Under the pieces are notes generated by a model. The model was not told the DNA's origin. It saw only the letters and a program-made list of their open reading frames with translations, and ran no database searches. A program made the position numbers and the translations under genes. A stretch of DNA of 64,000 nucleotides from assembly GCA_963727505.1 (NCBI GenBank), contig CAVSGP010000004.1:352001-416000 (forward strand), written 5' to 3'. Of this stretch, positions 22,116-32,242 are shown piece by piece. Positions within the stretch are counted from its first letter, which is position 1, and every line of letters starts with the position of its first letter. This DNA is from an uncultured Trueperaceae bacterium. Its GTDB lineage: Bacteria; Deinococcota; Deinococci; Deinococcales; Trueperaceae.

Positions 22116-22611
22116 GCCCGGCACCACCCTTCGCGCCACTATCGTCGCTGCGGGCACTGGCGGCTGCAGCCACGGCGTCGGCACGCGAACCGAGCTGACG
22201 CGTGAAGACGGAGGTGACCGCAGGCCGGTAGCTCTCGGCGTCGAGAGCGGCCGCCCCCGCCGCATCCTCGGCGGGCAACTCGACGCGCAGGTCGTACACG
22301 CCGGCGTCGTACGCGCTCTTGGTCAAGGCGCGGAGCAGCGCCAGCAGGGCCTCCCCGTCGCCCGGCGGCGGGCTCGCGAAGCGGCTCGCGAAGAGCGTGG
22401 GGCGCTCGCCGTCGAACACTGCCTGCGCCAGCACGTAACCCCTCACGCCCCCCTCCCCGACGGCCACGAAGGCGTGGCCGGTGCGCGCGAAGAAGCGCAG
22501 GCTGGCCTCGCCGGCGCGTGGCTCGAGCCCGTAGGCCCGCGCGTAGGCGCCGTCGATGGCGCGAACGACCGGAGCGTCGTCAGGCTCTAATGGTCTGGCG
22601 TGCGTGTCCAT
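22108..22611 (-). CDS. DUF1999 family protein (GNAT-like, Deinococcus-Thermus)
   Basis: SLRFFARTGHAFVA, LAQAVFDGERPT, LLRALTKSAYDAGVY. Confidence 0.75.
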   Translation of the reverse strand: MDTHARPLEPDDAPVVRAIDGAYARAYGLEPRAGEASLRFFARTGHAFVAVGEGGVRGYVLAQAVFDGERPTLFASRFASPPPGDGEALLALLRALTKSAYDAGVYDLRVELPAEDAAGAAALDAESYRPAVTSVFTRQLGSRADAVAAAASARSDDSGAKGGAGRG

Positions 22612-23057
22612 GAGCCGGAACGGCCCCCCTCCTTGTGAAGCAGCCTGACGGCCTCGATCACGATGTCCTTGCTGGCGCCCTTGAGCATATCGTAGAGGGT
22701 CAACGCGGCCACGCTGGCGGCCGTCAGTGCCTCCATCTCCACCCCGGTAGACGCCGTGGTGCCGCACGAAGCCTCGAAACGAACGCGCCCCGCCAGGCGC
22801 TCGGCGCGCACGCTCACCGACGTCAGCGGCAACGGGTGCGCCAACGGGATCAGCTCAGGGGTACGCTTCGCCGCCATGATGCCGGCGAGTTCGGCCACCT
22901 GCAACGCATCCCCCTTGGGAGCGCCGTCCTCGAGCCAGCGTGCGGCCTCCGCCGGCAGCGTCACGATCGCCTCGGCCACGGCGCGGCGCACGGTGGCGGG
23001 CTTGACGCCCACGTCCACCATGGTCGGGTGCCCGTCCTCGAAGTGGTTCGACGGCAT
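22587..23057 (-). CDS. moaC: Cyclic pyranopterin monophosphate synthase MoaC
   Basis: MVDVGVKPATVRRA, GIMAAKRTPELIPLAHP, TGVEMEALT, YDMLK, KEGG. Confidence 0.95.
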   Translation of the reverse strand: MPSNHFEDGHPTMVDVGVKPATVRRAVAEAIVTLPAEAARWLEDGAPKGDALQVAELAGIMAAKRTPELIPLAHPLPLTSVSVRAERLAGRVRFEASCGTTASTGVEMEALTAASVAALTLYDMLKGASKDIVIEAVRLLHKEGGRSGSWTRTPDH

Positions 23058-23079
23058 GGGCTCATTGTACGGCCGTGCG

Positions 23080-23871
23080 CTACAGGACGAGCCCTTCCAA
23101 GGCGGCCTCCGACCGCTGCGGGTGCCAGGGAGCGTAGCCCGCCTCGACGAAGTACAGGCCGTGCGGCGCCACGTTGCGGCCCGCCAGCGTCCGATCGCGG
23201 GCGGCCAGCAGGCCGGGGATGGCGTCGGGACGGAGCTTCCCCTTCCCCACCCATAGCAGCGTCCCCACGACGGTGCGCACCATGCCGCGCAGGAAGCCGT
23301 CGGCGGCGATGTGCAGGCGCAGCTCACCGCCTTCCTCGCGCAGCTCGCACAGGTGGAGCGTGCGTTCGCGTGTGCGGGTCTCACGCGTGGCGAAGGTGCT
23401 GAAGTCGTGCCTGCCCAGCATCGGGACGCAGGCCGCCTGCATCGCCGTCACGTCGAGATGGCGGAACACCGGAAGGACCCTGTAACGCTGCAGTGCCAGC
23501 CCTCGAGGATCGTTCCGCGTCACGCGCAGGCGATAGAGGTAGCGACGGTAGCGGCAGTCGAACTGCGCGTGGAAGCCCTCGTCCGCCGTCTCCAGGCGAA
23601 GTACCACCACGTCCTTCGGCAGGTGGGCGTTGAGGGCGAGACGCAACTTCTCGTCGGGGATCGTCGAGCCCGTGTCGACGTGCGCGACCATGGCCAGCGC
23701 ATGTACGCCCGTGTCGGTGCGCCCGGCGGCCACCACGCTGCCGTGGTCGCCCGGGAGCTTCGCCAGCGCCTCCTCCACGACGGCCTGTACGGTTCGTTCC
23801 CCGGCGGCCTGCCGCTGCCAGCCGTAGAAAGCGGTCCCGTCGAACTCGAGCGTGAAGCGGATGCGGCGCAC
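23080..23871 (-). CDS. truA: tRNA pseudouridine(38-40) synthase
   Basis: FDGTAFYGWQ, AGRTDTGVHA, HDFSTF, GFLRGMVR, APHGLYF. Confidence 0.95.
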   Translation of the reverse strand: MRRIRFTLEFDGTAFYGWQRQAAGERTVQAVVEEALAKLPGDHGSVVAAGRTDTGVHALAMVAHVDTGSTIPDEKLRLALNAHLPKDVVVLRLETADEGFHAQFDCRYRRYLYRLRVTRNDPRGLALQRYRVLPVFRHLDVTAMQAACVPMLGRHDFSTFATRETRTRERTLHLCELREEGGELRLHIAADGFLRGMVRTVVGTLLWVGKGKLRPDAIPGLLAARDRTLAGRNVAPHGLYFVEAGYAPWHPQRSEAALEGLVL

Positions 23872-23875
23872 GGGC

Positions 23876-24736
23876 TCAACCGTCGGCGACGGCGGGCGTC
23901 AAACGCAGACCGCGCCCCAGGGCGGGCACCAGGACGGTTCCGGTGAGCCCGACACTCAGGTAGCGGGCGAAGGCCACCAGCGGTGCGTGTCGTACCGCAT
24001 CCGAGAGCAGCAGGCCGCTGCCGAACTGGACCGCGAACACCAGCACGACCCCCACCACCGTCAGCACCGCGCGTCCCTGCCAGGGTCCTCGGGTGCTGTG
24101 GGGGAGCAGCTCGGGACCGACCACGAAGGCCGCCAGCGCGCCCATCAGCACACCCGACTCCGGCGTCGGCAGCAGCAGGTGCACGGCAAGCGGCAGGCCC
24201 AGCCCGAGCAGCAGCACCGTGCTCCGGCGGGGCTCCAGGCGCAACCGGTCGATGGCGGCGGCGGCGCTCACCACCGCCAGTCCCACCAGGATGCCGCCAG
24301 CGATGTCGACCGGCAGGTGGACGCCCAGGTAGAGGCGCGAGAGCGACACCAGCAGCACCAGCAGCACGGCAACGATCGTGAGCCACGTGCGCTTGCCGTA
24401 CACCGCCGCGAGGCCCCAGAAGGTCGTGCTCGACTGGGCGTGCCCGGACGGGAAACCGTTGCCCTGTGCGGTGGCGAGCGCGGCCGGCGACCTAACGATG
24501 CCGGGCTCGAGCGTGAAGGGGCGGGGCGTGTGGAACAACGCCTTGAGTTGCTGGTTGAGGTAGAAGCCGGCAAGGAAGTAGATCGCCAGGCGCCGGCCGA
24601 CGCGGGCGTCCACGCCGATGTAGGCGATCAGCAGGAGCACGATGTAGGCCTGCTCCGACCCGAGCTGGGTGACGAACAGCATCAGCCGATCGAGCGCAGG
24701 GCTGGCGGCGGATTGCAGGGCGTGGATGACCTCCAT
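23876..24736 (-). CDS. PAP2-family membrane phosphatase
   Basis: KALFHTPRP, FPSGH, SRLYLGVHLPVD. Confidence 0.9.
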   Translation of the reverse strand: MEVIHALQSAASPALDRLMLFVTQLGSEQAYIVLLLIAYIGVDARVGRRLAIYFLAGFYLNQQLKALFHTPRPFTLEPGIVRSPAALATAQGNGFPSGHAQSSTTFWGLAAVYGKRTWLTIVAVLLVLLVSLSRLYLGVHLPVDIAGGILVGLAVVSAAAAIDRLRLEPRRSTVLLLGLGLPLAVHLLLPTPESGVLMGALAAFVVGPELLPHSTRGPWQGRAVLTVVGVVLVFAVQFGSGLLLSDAVRHAPLVAFARYLSVGLTGTVLVPALGRGLRLTPAVADG

Positions 24737-24865
24737 GCGCTCCTCCCGGCACGAGCGCAGCACGGCGCACCCTCTGCCTCCCGGGATTGTAGCAGCCCCG
24801 CGTGGGTGGCGGTCGCGTCGCCCAGGTCCGTTGCGGCGCCCGGGGAGGCGTGCGATTCTACGCCC

Positions 24866-26164
24866 ATGGACACGGCTCGATCGGACAGCCTCTTCGAACG
24901 CGCCCGCAGGGTCACGCCCGGCGGGGTCAACTCCCCGGTCCGCGCCTTCGGGTCGGTGGGCGGCTCGCCCCGCTTCATGCGCTCCGGTAGCGGTTGCCGC
25001 CTCGAGGACGTCGATGGCAACCTCTACATCGACATGGTGGGCTCGTGGGGGCCGCTGCTCATGGGGCACGCGCACCCGGACGTGGTGGCCGCGTTGCAGC
25101 GCTCGCTGGCGCGTGGCACCTCCTTCGGCGCCCCCATCGAAGACGAGGTGACCCTGGCGGAGACGGTCCTCGAGCGGGTCCCCTCGATGGACCGAGTGCG
25201 CTTCGTCAACTCCGGGACCGAGGCGACGATGAGCGCGATCCGGCTGGCGCGCGGTGTCACCGGCCGCGACCTGCTGGTGAAGTTCGAGGGCAACTATCAC
25301 GGGCATGCCGACAGTCTGTTGGTCGCTGCCGGCTCCGGCGCGCTCACGACCGGCGTTCCCTCGAGCGCCGGCGTTCCCGCCGGGACCGCTGCCGACACGC
25401 TGGTGGCCGGCTTCAACGATCTCCCGAGCCTGCGCGCGCTCTTCGACACCCACCGAGACGCCATCGCAGCGGTGATCGTGGAGCCGGTCGCGGGGAACAT
25501 GGGAGTGGTCCCCCCCGCCCCAGGCTTCCTGGAAGGGATGCGGGAGCTGACACGCGCGCACGGCACCGCGCTGATCGTCGATGAGGTGATGACCGGCTTC
25601 CGAGTCGCCCGCGGGGGCGCCGTCGAACGCTTCGGTCTCGAGCCCGACCTGATCGCGTGGGGGAAGGTGATCGGCGGCGGTCTGCCGGTGGGCGCCTACG
25701 GCGGCACGGACCGGTTCATGGACCGCGTCTCCCCTCTCGGCCCCGTCTACCAGGCGGGCACGCTCTCCGGCAATCCACTGGCGATGGCCGGTGGCTTGGC
25801 CACGCTGCGTGCCATCGACGACGCCGGCGACGTCTATGAAGCGCTGGAAGCGCGCGGCCGGCAGCTCCAGGAGGGGCTGCGTCGGGCCGCCCGCGGCGCT
25901 GGCGTGGACGTGCGCATCAACCGCGTGGGCTCGATGATCACCGTGTTCTTCACCGGCTCCGAGGTCACCGACTACGCCACGGCCACCAGTAGCGACCGCG
26001 ACCGGTTCGCGCGCTGGTTCCACGGGCTGCTGCAGCGCGGTGTGTACTGGCCGGCCAGCCCCTTCGAGTCCGCCTTCCTCTCCTACGCTCACACTCCGAA
26101 CGACGTCGACACGGTCGTCGAGGCCGCAGCCGGCGCGTTCGAGGACCTCGCAACGGGGGCTTGA
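24866..26164 (+). CDS. hemL: Glutamate-1-semialdehyde 2,1-aminomutase
   Basis: PGGVNSPVRAF, NSGTEATM, YHGHAD, DEVMTGFR, GKVIGGGLP, YQAGTLSGNP. Confidence 0.97.
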   Translation: MDTARSDSLFERARRVTPGGVNSPVRAFGSVGGSPRFMRSGSGCRLEDVDGNLYIDMVGSWGPLLMGHAHPDVVAALQRSLARGTSFGAPIEDEVTLAETVLERVPSMDRVRFVNSGTEATMSAIRLARGVTGRDLLVKFEGNYHGHADSLLVAAGSGALTTGVPSSAGVPAGTAADTLVAGFNDLPSLRALFDTHRDAIAAVIVEPVAGNMGVVPPAPGFLEGMRELTRAHGTALIVDEVMTGFRVARGGAVERFGLEPDLIAWGKVIGGGLPVGAYGGTDRFMDRVSPLGPVYQAGTLSGNPLAMAGGLATLRAIDDAGDVYEALEARGRQLQEGLRRAARGAGVDVRINRVGSMITVFFTGSEVTDYATATSSDRDRFARWFHGLLQRGVYWPASPFESAFLSYAHTPNDVDTVVEAAAGAFEDLATGA

Positions 26165-26165
26165 C

Positions 26166-27530
26166 GTGCCGCTGCCGCCTACCGGAGACACCATCGCCGC
26201 CATCGCCACCGCACCCGGGGCGGCGGCGATCGGCATCGTGCGGGTCTCGGGACCGGCGGCATACGACGTTGCGGACCGGTTGTTCCGGCCGCGACGCGGC
26301 GAAGCCCCCAGCCGGCACCCGGCGGGCCGCGTGGTACACGGGCGCATCGTGGACGGGCGCGCGGCAGGGGCGCCCGATGACGTGATCGACGAGGCTCTTC
26401 TGCTCACCTTTCGCGCGCCGCACTCCTACACAGGCCAGGACGTGATCGAGCTGCAGACGCACGGCGGGCCGGCCGTGCTGCGCACGGTGCTCGACCTGTG
26501 CGTGGCGGCGGGGGCGCGGCTGGCGGGACCGGGCGAGTACACGCTGCGCGCGTTCCTGGCCGGGCGGCTCGACCTGGCCCAGGCCGAGAGCGTGATGGAC
26601 CTGGTCGGGGCCCAGACCGACAGCGCCCGCCGCAACGCCGCGCTGGGACTTTCGCGGGCCCTCGGCGAGCGCCTCGACCGCATCCAGACCGACGTCACCC
26701 AGGCCTACGCGGCGCTGCAGGCGAGCCTCGACTACCCTGAGGAGGGCGTTCCAGAGGCCGAGTTGGAGGCGCCGTTGGCGCAGGCCCTGCGCCAGGTCGA
26801 GGAGCTTCTGGCCACAGCCGAAGCGGGTCGGATCAGTCGCCACGGCGCGCGGCTCGCTCTGCTGGGCCGTCCCAACGCCGGCAAGTCGAGCCTGCTGAAC
26901 GCGCTGCTGGGGTTCGAACGCTCGATCGTCAGCGCCACGCCGGGGACCACGCGCGATTACCTCGAGGCGCCGCTCTCGCTGGGCGGCATCCCGCTGACCG
27001 CCATCGACACCGCCGGGATCCGCAACGCCGAAGACGCCGTCGAAGCGTCCGGCGTGAGGATCGCCAAGCAGATCGCCGAGGCGTCGGATCTGTGCCTGCT
27101 GCTCCTCGACCGGTCGGTCCCCCTGGACCCCGACGACCTGGCGCTGACCGCCGAGTTGCCACCCGAGCGGACGCTGGTGCTCGCCAGCAAGGCCGACCTG
27201 GCCGCCGTGTGGGGCGACGATGCGCTGCCGATACCGGTCCTTCCCGTGTCCGCGCGAACCGGCGCCGGCCTCGACGCACTCAAGGCGCGGCTGCGCGAGC
27301 GTCTGCTGGGGGACGCCGCGGGCACGGAGCTGTGGATCTCCAACGAGCGACACGCGCAGGCTCTCGAGGCGGTGCGCGCCCACCTGACGGGTGCGCGGGG
27401 CGCTAGCCCCGACATCGCGTCGCTCGAGTTGCAGGACGCACTCGACGCGCTCGGCCAGATCACCGGCCGCTCGGGCGTGGCCGAGGAGACGCTGGCCGCG
27501 ATCTTCGCGAACTTCTGCGTGGGGAAGTGA
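26166..27530 (+). CDS. mnmE: tRNA modification GTPase MnmE
   Basis: DTIAAIATAPG, GRPNAGKSS, PGTTRD, DTAG, C-terminal FCVGK. Confidence 0.97.
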   Translation: MPLPPTGDTIAAIATAPGAAAIGIVRVSGPAAYDVADRLFRPRRGEAPSRHPAGRVVHGRIVDGRAAGAPDDVIDEALLLTFRAPHSYTGQDVIELQTHGGPAVLRTVLDLCVAAGARLAGPGEYTLRAFLAGRLDLAQAESVMDLVGAQTDSARRNAALGLSRALGERLDRIQTDVTQAYAALQASLDYPEEGVPEAELEAPLAQALRQVEELLATAEAGRISRHGARLALLGRPNAGKSSLLNALLGFERSIVSATPGTTRDYLEAPLSLGGIPLTAIDTAGIRNAEDAVEASGVRIAKQIAEASDLCLLLLDRSVPLDPDDLALTAELPPERTLVLASKADLAAVWGDDALPIPVLPVSARTGAGLDALKARLRERLLGDAAGTELWISNERHAQALEAVRAHLTGARGASPDIASLELQDALDALGQITGRSGVAEETLAAIFANFCVGK

Positions 27531-27539
27531 GGCGCGTCG

Positions 27540-28049
27540 TCAGGCCCAGGCGGCCTCGACCTCGCGCGCCGCAGCCCGCACGGCGGCGGGGAAGCTGGCC
27601 ATCACGCCCTGCAAGACGCTCTTGGCGGTGAACTCGATCATGCTGAGCAGCGCCCGCCCACCCCACTTCTCGGGCGCCGGAAGGGCCAGATGGATGGTGA
27701 TGCAGAAGCGATACTCCACGCGACAACCCCGCTCCGCGTGCAGCACCCGGGCGTCGCCCGATACCTCGGCCCATCCGGGTCCCTCGGGAGCGAGCGGCAG
27801 GCCCGTCAGACGGGCGCCGGCGTCGGTGTAGGTGAGCTCGGAGCGGAAGGGCAGCTCGCGCTGGCCGAAGAGCGCAGCGTTGACCGGCAGCGTGGCCGTC
27901 ACGACCTTCGGCGAACCCTCCACGACCTGCAGGTCGGCCAGAAATGTCGCCTGCGAGAGCGACCGAGGTACGTCCCGGACGAAGCTCCGGCCCGCCTCGG
28001 GGGGCAAGTCCAGGTCCAGGATGAAGCTCACCTCGTGCGTCAAGTCCAC
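27540..28049 (-). CDS. DUF3809-like protein
   Basis: ELPFRSEL, WAEVSG, PEKWGGRAL; paired with a DUF3248-like gene. Confidence 0.7.
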   Translation of the reverse strand: MDLTHEVSFILDLDLPPEAGRSFVRDVPRSLSQATFLADLQVVEGSPKVVTATLPVNAALFGQRELPFRSELTYTDAGARLTGLPLAPEGPGWAEVSGDARVLHAERGCRVEYRFCITIHLALPAPEKWGGRALLSMIEFTAKSVLQGVMASFPAAVRAAAREVEAAWA

Positions 28050-28053
28050 GCCT

Positions 28054-28341
28054 TCACCTCTCGGCCTGGCCACGCGGACGCGGCCCGACCCACTCGACCC
28101 GCAACGCGCTCTCTTCCACCGCGGCCTCGATCTCGCTGTCGCTGGCCGTCCTCAGGCGAGGTAGCTCGTGGAAGAGCCCGGCGCTCGACGCCAGGCCCAC
28201 CCGCACGGTGACGGGGCCGTCGTCGCTCACGCGGCCGATGCGCCACAGCAACTGACCTGCCAGGTCGTCGAGCTGAGGCAGGCTCACACCCGTCCCCGAC
28301 AGCAATTCGCTCTTGCGCTCCTGAACCTCGGCTTCGCTCAC
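28054..28341 (-). CDS. DUF3248-like protein
   Basis: LLWRIGR..VTVRVGLAS..LPRLRTASDSEIE..LRVEWV. Confidence 0.7.
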   Translation of the reverse strand: MSEAEVQERKSELLSGTGVSLPQLDDLAGQLLWRIGRVSDDGPVTVRVGLASSAGLFHELPRLRTASDSEIEAAVEESALRVEWVGPRPRGQAER

Positions 28342-28468
28342 CGGCCGGCCCCTTCCTGGCATCAGACTACCGCATTCGACCGGCGCTCGCTGGCACGGCC
28401 GCCCTCGCTCCACGACCTTCGAAACGCCGGCCTGCCGCCCGCCACCGGGCGCGTGGTAGCTTACGCGG

Positions 28469-29380
28469 GTGTCCGCGCCCTCATCGCCTAGCCCTCGAGC
28501 GCGGCATCGCTCGACCCTCCCCGGCCCCCTGGGCCTGTACCTGCGCGGGGTCGCCATGGGCACCTCCGACCTGATCCCCGGCGTTTCGGGCGGAACGATG
28601 GCGCTCATCCTGGGCATCTACCAGGAGCTGATCGCCAGCCTGGGGGCGTTGACCTCGGGCCCGTTCCTGGCCGCGGTCGGGCGCCTACGCCTGCGGCGCG
28701 CCTTCCGGCTTGCCAACGGCGGCTTCCTGGTCGCGGTGCTGCTGGGGATCGCGACCGCGGTGGGTGCGCTCTCCCGGCTGATGCACTGGCTCCTCACCGC
28801 CCATCCGAGCGGCGTGCATGCCTTCTTCTTCGGGCTCATCCTGGCATCGGCCGGACTGGTCGCCAGGCTCGTCGGCCGCTGGACGGCCGGCGGCATCGTC
28901 GGCGCCCTGGTGGCGACGGCCGGGGCGTTCTGGCTGGTGGGTCTGACGCCGGCGGTCACGCCCGACGCTCCCGCCTTCCTGCTGCTGAGCGGCGCGCTGG
29001 CGGTGTGCGCACTGATGCTCCCGGGCATCTCCGGCGCGTTCGTGCTGGTGCTCCTCGGCAAATACGACACGGCCCTCGCGGCCGTGACGAACCTCGACCT
29101 GGCCGTGCTGCTGCCGCTGGCGGTCGGCGCGGTCCTGGGCCTGCTCACGTTCGCGCGCCTGCTGGCGTGGTTGCTGCACCGCGCCCACGACACGACGCTG
29201 GCCATCCTTGCCGGCTTCATGCTCGGCAGCCTGCGCAAGGTGTGGCCCTTCGTGGCACCGAACGGGCATGTCACCTGGCCCTGGCTGAGCACCGGCACCG
29301 CCCTGCTACTGTTGTTGTTGGTGATGGGCGCAGCCCTCGTGGCATGGCTGGAGCGCGCCGGATCCCGACGCGACGCCTGA
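28469..29380 (+). CDS. DUF368 family membrane protein (undecaprenyl-phosphate translocase family)
   Basis: Two repeats of PGVSGG/PGISGA: GVAMGTSDLIPGVSGGTMA, MLPGISGAFVL. Confidence 0.88.
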   Translation: MSAPSSPSPRARHRSTLPGPLGLYLRGVAMGTSDLIPGVSGGTMALILGIYQELIASLGALTSGPFLAAVGRLRLRRAFRLANGGFLVAVLLGIATAVGALSRLMHWLLTAHPSGVHAFFFGLILASAGLVARLVGRWTAGGIVGALVATAGAFWLVGLTPAVTPDAPAFLLLSGALAVCALMLPGISGAFVLVLLGKYDTALAAVTNLDLAVLLPLAVGAVLGLLTFARLLAWLLHRAHDTTLAILAGFMLGSLRKVWPFVAPNGHVTWPWLSTGTALLLLLLVMGAALVAWLERAGSRRDA

Positions 29381-29553
29381 CCGGCGCCCTCCCCCTCAGG
29401 AAGTTCATTGTGGTCTCCGCTCACGTTAACCCTGCGCCCGTACAGTAGCGGTGGTAGGCGGGTTGTGCGGGCCCGCTCCCCAAGGCGCATCCCGCGTCCG
29501 ACAGACACCGCGACCGGAAGCCGGGCGACGGCTTTTCGAAAAGGAGGAGGACC

Positions 29554-30876
29554 TTGTTTCGCAAGCGCATAGCCTTCGGCTTGGGAACGTTGATCGTGGC
29601 AGTGGGGCTGGTGCTGGTCGGCGCCAACCTGTTCCCGGCAGTGAGTGCGCAGTCGAGCACCACCCCGTCCGGGAATCAGCCTTCGGCGCTCCTACAGAAC
29701 GAGCAGAACACCGTCAACATCGTCAACACCTACGGCCCGAGCGTGGTGGCGATCAACGTCACCGTGCAGGGTCAACGGGTCAACCCGTTCCAGCAGCAGG
29801 GCGTGCCCCCGCAGTTCCAACAGTTCCTGCCGCAGCAGCCGCAGGTCATCCAGGCGGCCGGCTCAGGCTTCGTGATCGACGCCCAGGGGCAGATCATCAC
29901 CAACTACCACGTGGTGCGCGACGCCCTTCAGAAGGGGACGGTGCAGCTCCAGAGCAGCGCCAAGATGACGGTCACGTTCCAGGGCAGCCAGAAAGAGCTA
30001 CCGGTGCACGTGATCGGCGCGGATCCCGACTACGACCTCGCCCTGTTGCAGCTCGACAATCCCAGCAACCTGCCGAGCAACGCCACGCCGATCCCCGTCG
30101 GCAACGCCGCCAACGTGAAGGTGGGCCAGAAGGCCATCGCCATCGGCAACCCGTTCGGGCTCCAGTCGACCGTGACCGAAGGGATCGTGTCGGCCATGGG
30201 GCGTGAGCTGCCTTCCGTCGGCCAGGTGAAGATCTCCATGATCCAGACCGACGCGGCCATCAACCCCGGCAACTCCGGTGGTCCACTGCTCGACTCCGCG
30301 GGTCAGGTCATCGGCATCAACACGATGATCATCCCCGGCATGAGCGCCAACGGCCAGGCCGGCAACATCGGCATCGGCTTCGCCGTGCCGTCCAGCCTCA
30401 TCCAGAAGGCGTTGCCCGATCTGAAGAAGGGCGGCCTCACCGGCATCTACGCGCAGGCCCTCGACATCCAGAACAAGCCGCGGATCGGCGTGTCGGTCAT
30501 CGGCGTCGACAACTTCCCGAACGACGTCCGCAAGACGCTCAACATGCCCGACCAAGGTGCCGTGGTGATGCAGGTGGCCCCCGGCGGTCCCGCCGACAAG
30601 GCCGGGCTGCAGGGCCCCGGCTACCAGGCCAACGTCAACGGGCAGAACTATCCCGCCGGCGGCGACATCATCCTGCAGGCCGACGGCACCGCGATCAACA
30701 CGGTGACCGACCTCCAGCGCATCGTCCTCAGCAAGAAGGCGGGCGACAAGCTCGAGCTGCAGGTCGAACGCAACGGTAAGACGCGCAACGTCACCGTCAC
30801 GCTCGAGGTCGTGCAGCCGAGCCCGAACTCGAACGGCTCGGGCAACTCCAACGGGTCCGGCGGCTCCGGGCAGTGA
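29554..30876 (+). CDS. htrA: HtrA/DegP-like S1C serine protease with PDZ domain
   Basis: GSGFV, TNYHVV, DLALL, QTDAAINPGNSGGPL; C-terminal PDZ. Confidence 0.93.
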   Translation: MFRKRIAFGLGTLIVAVGLVLVGANLFPAVSAQSSTTPSGNQPSALLQNEQNTVNIVNTYGPSVVAINVTVQGQRVNPFQQQGVPPQFQQFLPQQPQVIQAAGSGFVIDAQGQIITNYHVVRDALQKGTVQLQSSAKMTVTFQGSQKELPVHVIGADPDYDLALLQLDNPSNLPSNATPIPVGNAANVKVGQKAIAIGNPFGLQSTVTEGIVSAMGRELPSVGQVKISMIQTDAAINPGNSGGPLLDSAGQVIGINTMIIPGMSANGQAGNIGIGFAVPSSLIQKALPDLKKGGLTGIYAQALDIQNKPRIGVSVIGVDNFPNDVRKTLNMPDQGAVVMQVAPGGPADKAGLQGPGYQANVNGQNYPAGGDIILQADGTAINTVTDLQRIVLSKKAGDKLELQVERNGKTRNVTVTLEVVQPSPNSNGSGNSNGSGGSGQ

Positions 30877-30906
30877 TGGACTGAGACGGCCCATGCAACC
30901 GGAATG

Positions 30907-30942
30907 GAAGGGAGGGCGGCCTCGAGCCGCCCTCCCTTCTTC
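30907..30942. terminator. Terminator hairpin between convergent htrA and oxidoreductase genes
   Basis: GAAGGGAGGGCGGC-CTCGA-GCCGCCCTCCCTTC perfect 14-bp stem, then TTC. Confidence 0.75.
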
Positions 30943-30960
30943 GTGACGCATGGGTGCGCC

Positions 30961-32151
30961 TCAATCCTCCGTCGGCGGCCATGGTGCCGAGACGCCGGCG
31001 ACACGCGCCGCCACCTCCGCGACCACGCCGGCCACACCGGCCAGGTCGTGGAGCAGCCCGACGCCGGAACCGGCAAGCAGCCACCAGCGCTCGGCCACGC
31101 GACGTGCGACCGGAAGCCCGTCCGCGGGCACGCTGGTGCGTGCCCCACGCACCGCACGCACGCTCTTACCGAGATCCAGGCGGCCGGAGGCCAGCAGCGC
31201 TTCGAGCTCCGGCGCGTCGAGGAGCGCCTCCACCAGTTCGCGCCGAAGCCCCACGGGGACCCCTAGCAGGCGCCCGCCGACGGGCTCGTAGCCTACCGGA
31301 TCGGGAGGCAGCGCGGGGGCCACCAGCCGCGCCCCGCCAGGCGCCGGCCGGAACCGCCAGTTCCCCAGGCTCACGACGGGCAGCGTGACGCCGGCCGGGA
31401 ACGGCTCCAGGCGCACCCGCGGGTACTGCTGGAAGGCGGTGTCGAGACGCACCGGCCGATCCAGCGCCGACTCGGCCACCTCGGCACCGTCGGCTCCGCA
31501 CGCCACCACCACGGCCCGCGAGGCGACCGTGTGGCGGGCGCGAACCTCGAGCGTCATGCGACGGTCGAGGGCCAGCCGCTCCAACACCAGCTCCTCACCG
31601 CTCCGCGGCCGGACCCGGGTGTTGAGCATCAGGTCGGCCCCGCTACGCACGGCCTCCCGGGCGAAACGGTACGCCAGCGCGTCCCCGCCCAGGTAGCCGC
31701 CCGCCTCCAACACAGCCGGGCGGTCGGCGGCAACGCCGGTCATTGCGCGGACCGCCTCCACCGCCGGCGCCGTCAGCAGGCGATCGAGAGGCCGGGCCGC
31801 GGCGCCCTGACCGGGTGCCAGCTCGAGCCACCCCGCACGCACCCCGCCCTCCGAGGGCAGCGCCGCCTCGACCAGCGAGCGCGCCCAACGCAACGCGGCG
31901 ACCGGCACGCCCCCGCCGTCCTCGGAGATCGGCGGCAGCAGCCCGGGCGACGCCACCGTGGCGCCGCCCTCGTTGGGGATTCCGGCGGCCTCGATGAGCA
32001 CCACGTCGAGCGCGGGCGCCCAGCGGCGCAGCAGCGCCGCGGTCGCGGCGCCCATGAGCCCACCGCCCAGGACGACAATGTCGTAGGCCGCCCGCGGCGG
32101 CGGCCGATCCGGGGTGGCGCAGACCCGTCCCGGGCGGTTCCCGGTCGTCAT
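30961..32151 (-). CDS. FAD-dependent oxidoreductase (DAO-like)
   Basis: YDIVVLGGGLMG Rossmann motif, VVVACG, ADGLP; leaderless TAGACT-N5-ATG. Confidence 0.8.
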   Translation of the reverse strand: MTTGNRPGRVCATPDRPPPRAAYDIVVLGGGLMGAATAALLRRWAPALDVVLIEAAGIPNEGGATVASPGLLPPISEDGGGVPVAALRWARSLVEAALPSEGGVRAGWLELAPGQGAAARPLDRLLTAPAVEAVRAMTGVAADRPAVLEAGGYLGGDALAYRFAREAVRSGADLMLNTRVRPRSGEELVLERLALDRRMTLEVRARHTVASRAVVVACGADGAEVAESALDRPVRLDTAFQQYPRVRLEPFPAGVTLPVVSLGNWRFRPAPGGARLVAPALPPDPVGYEPVGGRLLGVPVGLRRELVEALLDAPELEALLASGRLDLGKSVRAVRGARTSVPADGLPVARRVAERWWLLAGSGVGLLHDLAGVAGVVAEVAARVAGVSAPWPPTED

Positions 32152-32242
32152 ATCGGAGTCTACCGCCGGGCGCGCGGTGGGCCCATGAATGCCGTCTACA
32201 GCGCCACGGAAGCGCCCGAAGACGCATGCTAGGCTGACCATC

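Noticed and set aside
23852..26407. 770-aa plus-strand and 843-aa minus-strand ORFs as fusion proteins
   Set aside because: They are hemL and the PAP2 gene extended through each other's antisense strands; true starts are 24866 and 24736
30826..30873. Repeat at the end of htrA
   Set aside because: Simply encodes a low-complexity NSNGSG tail
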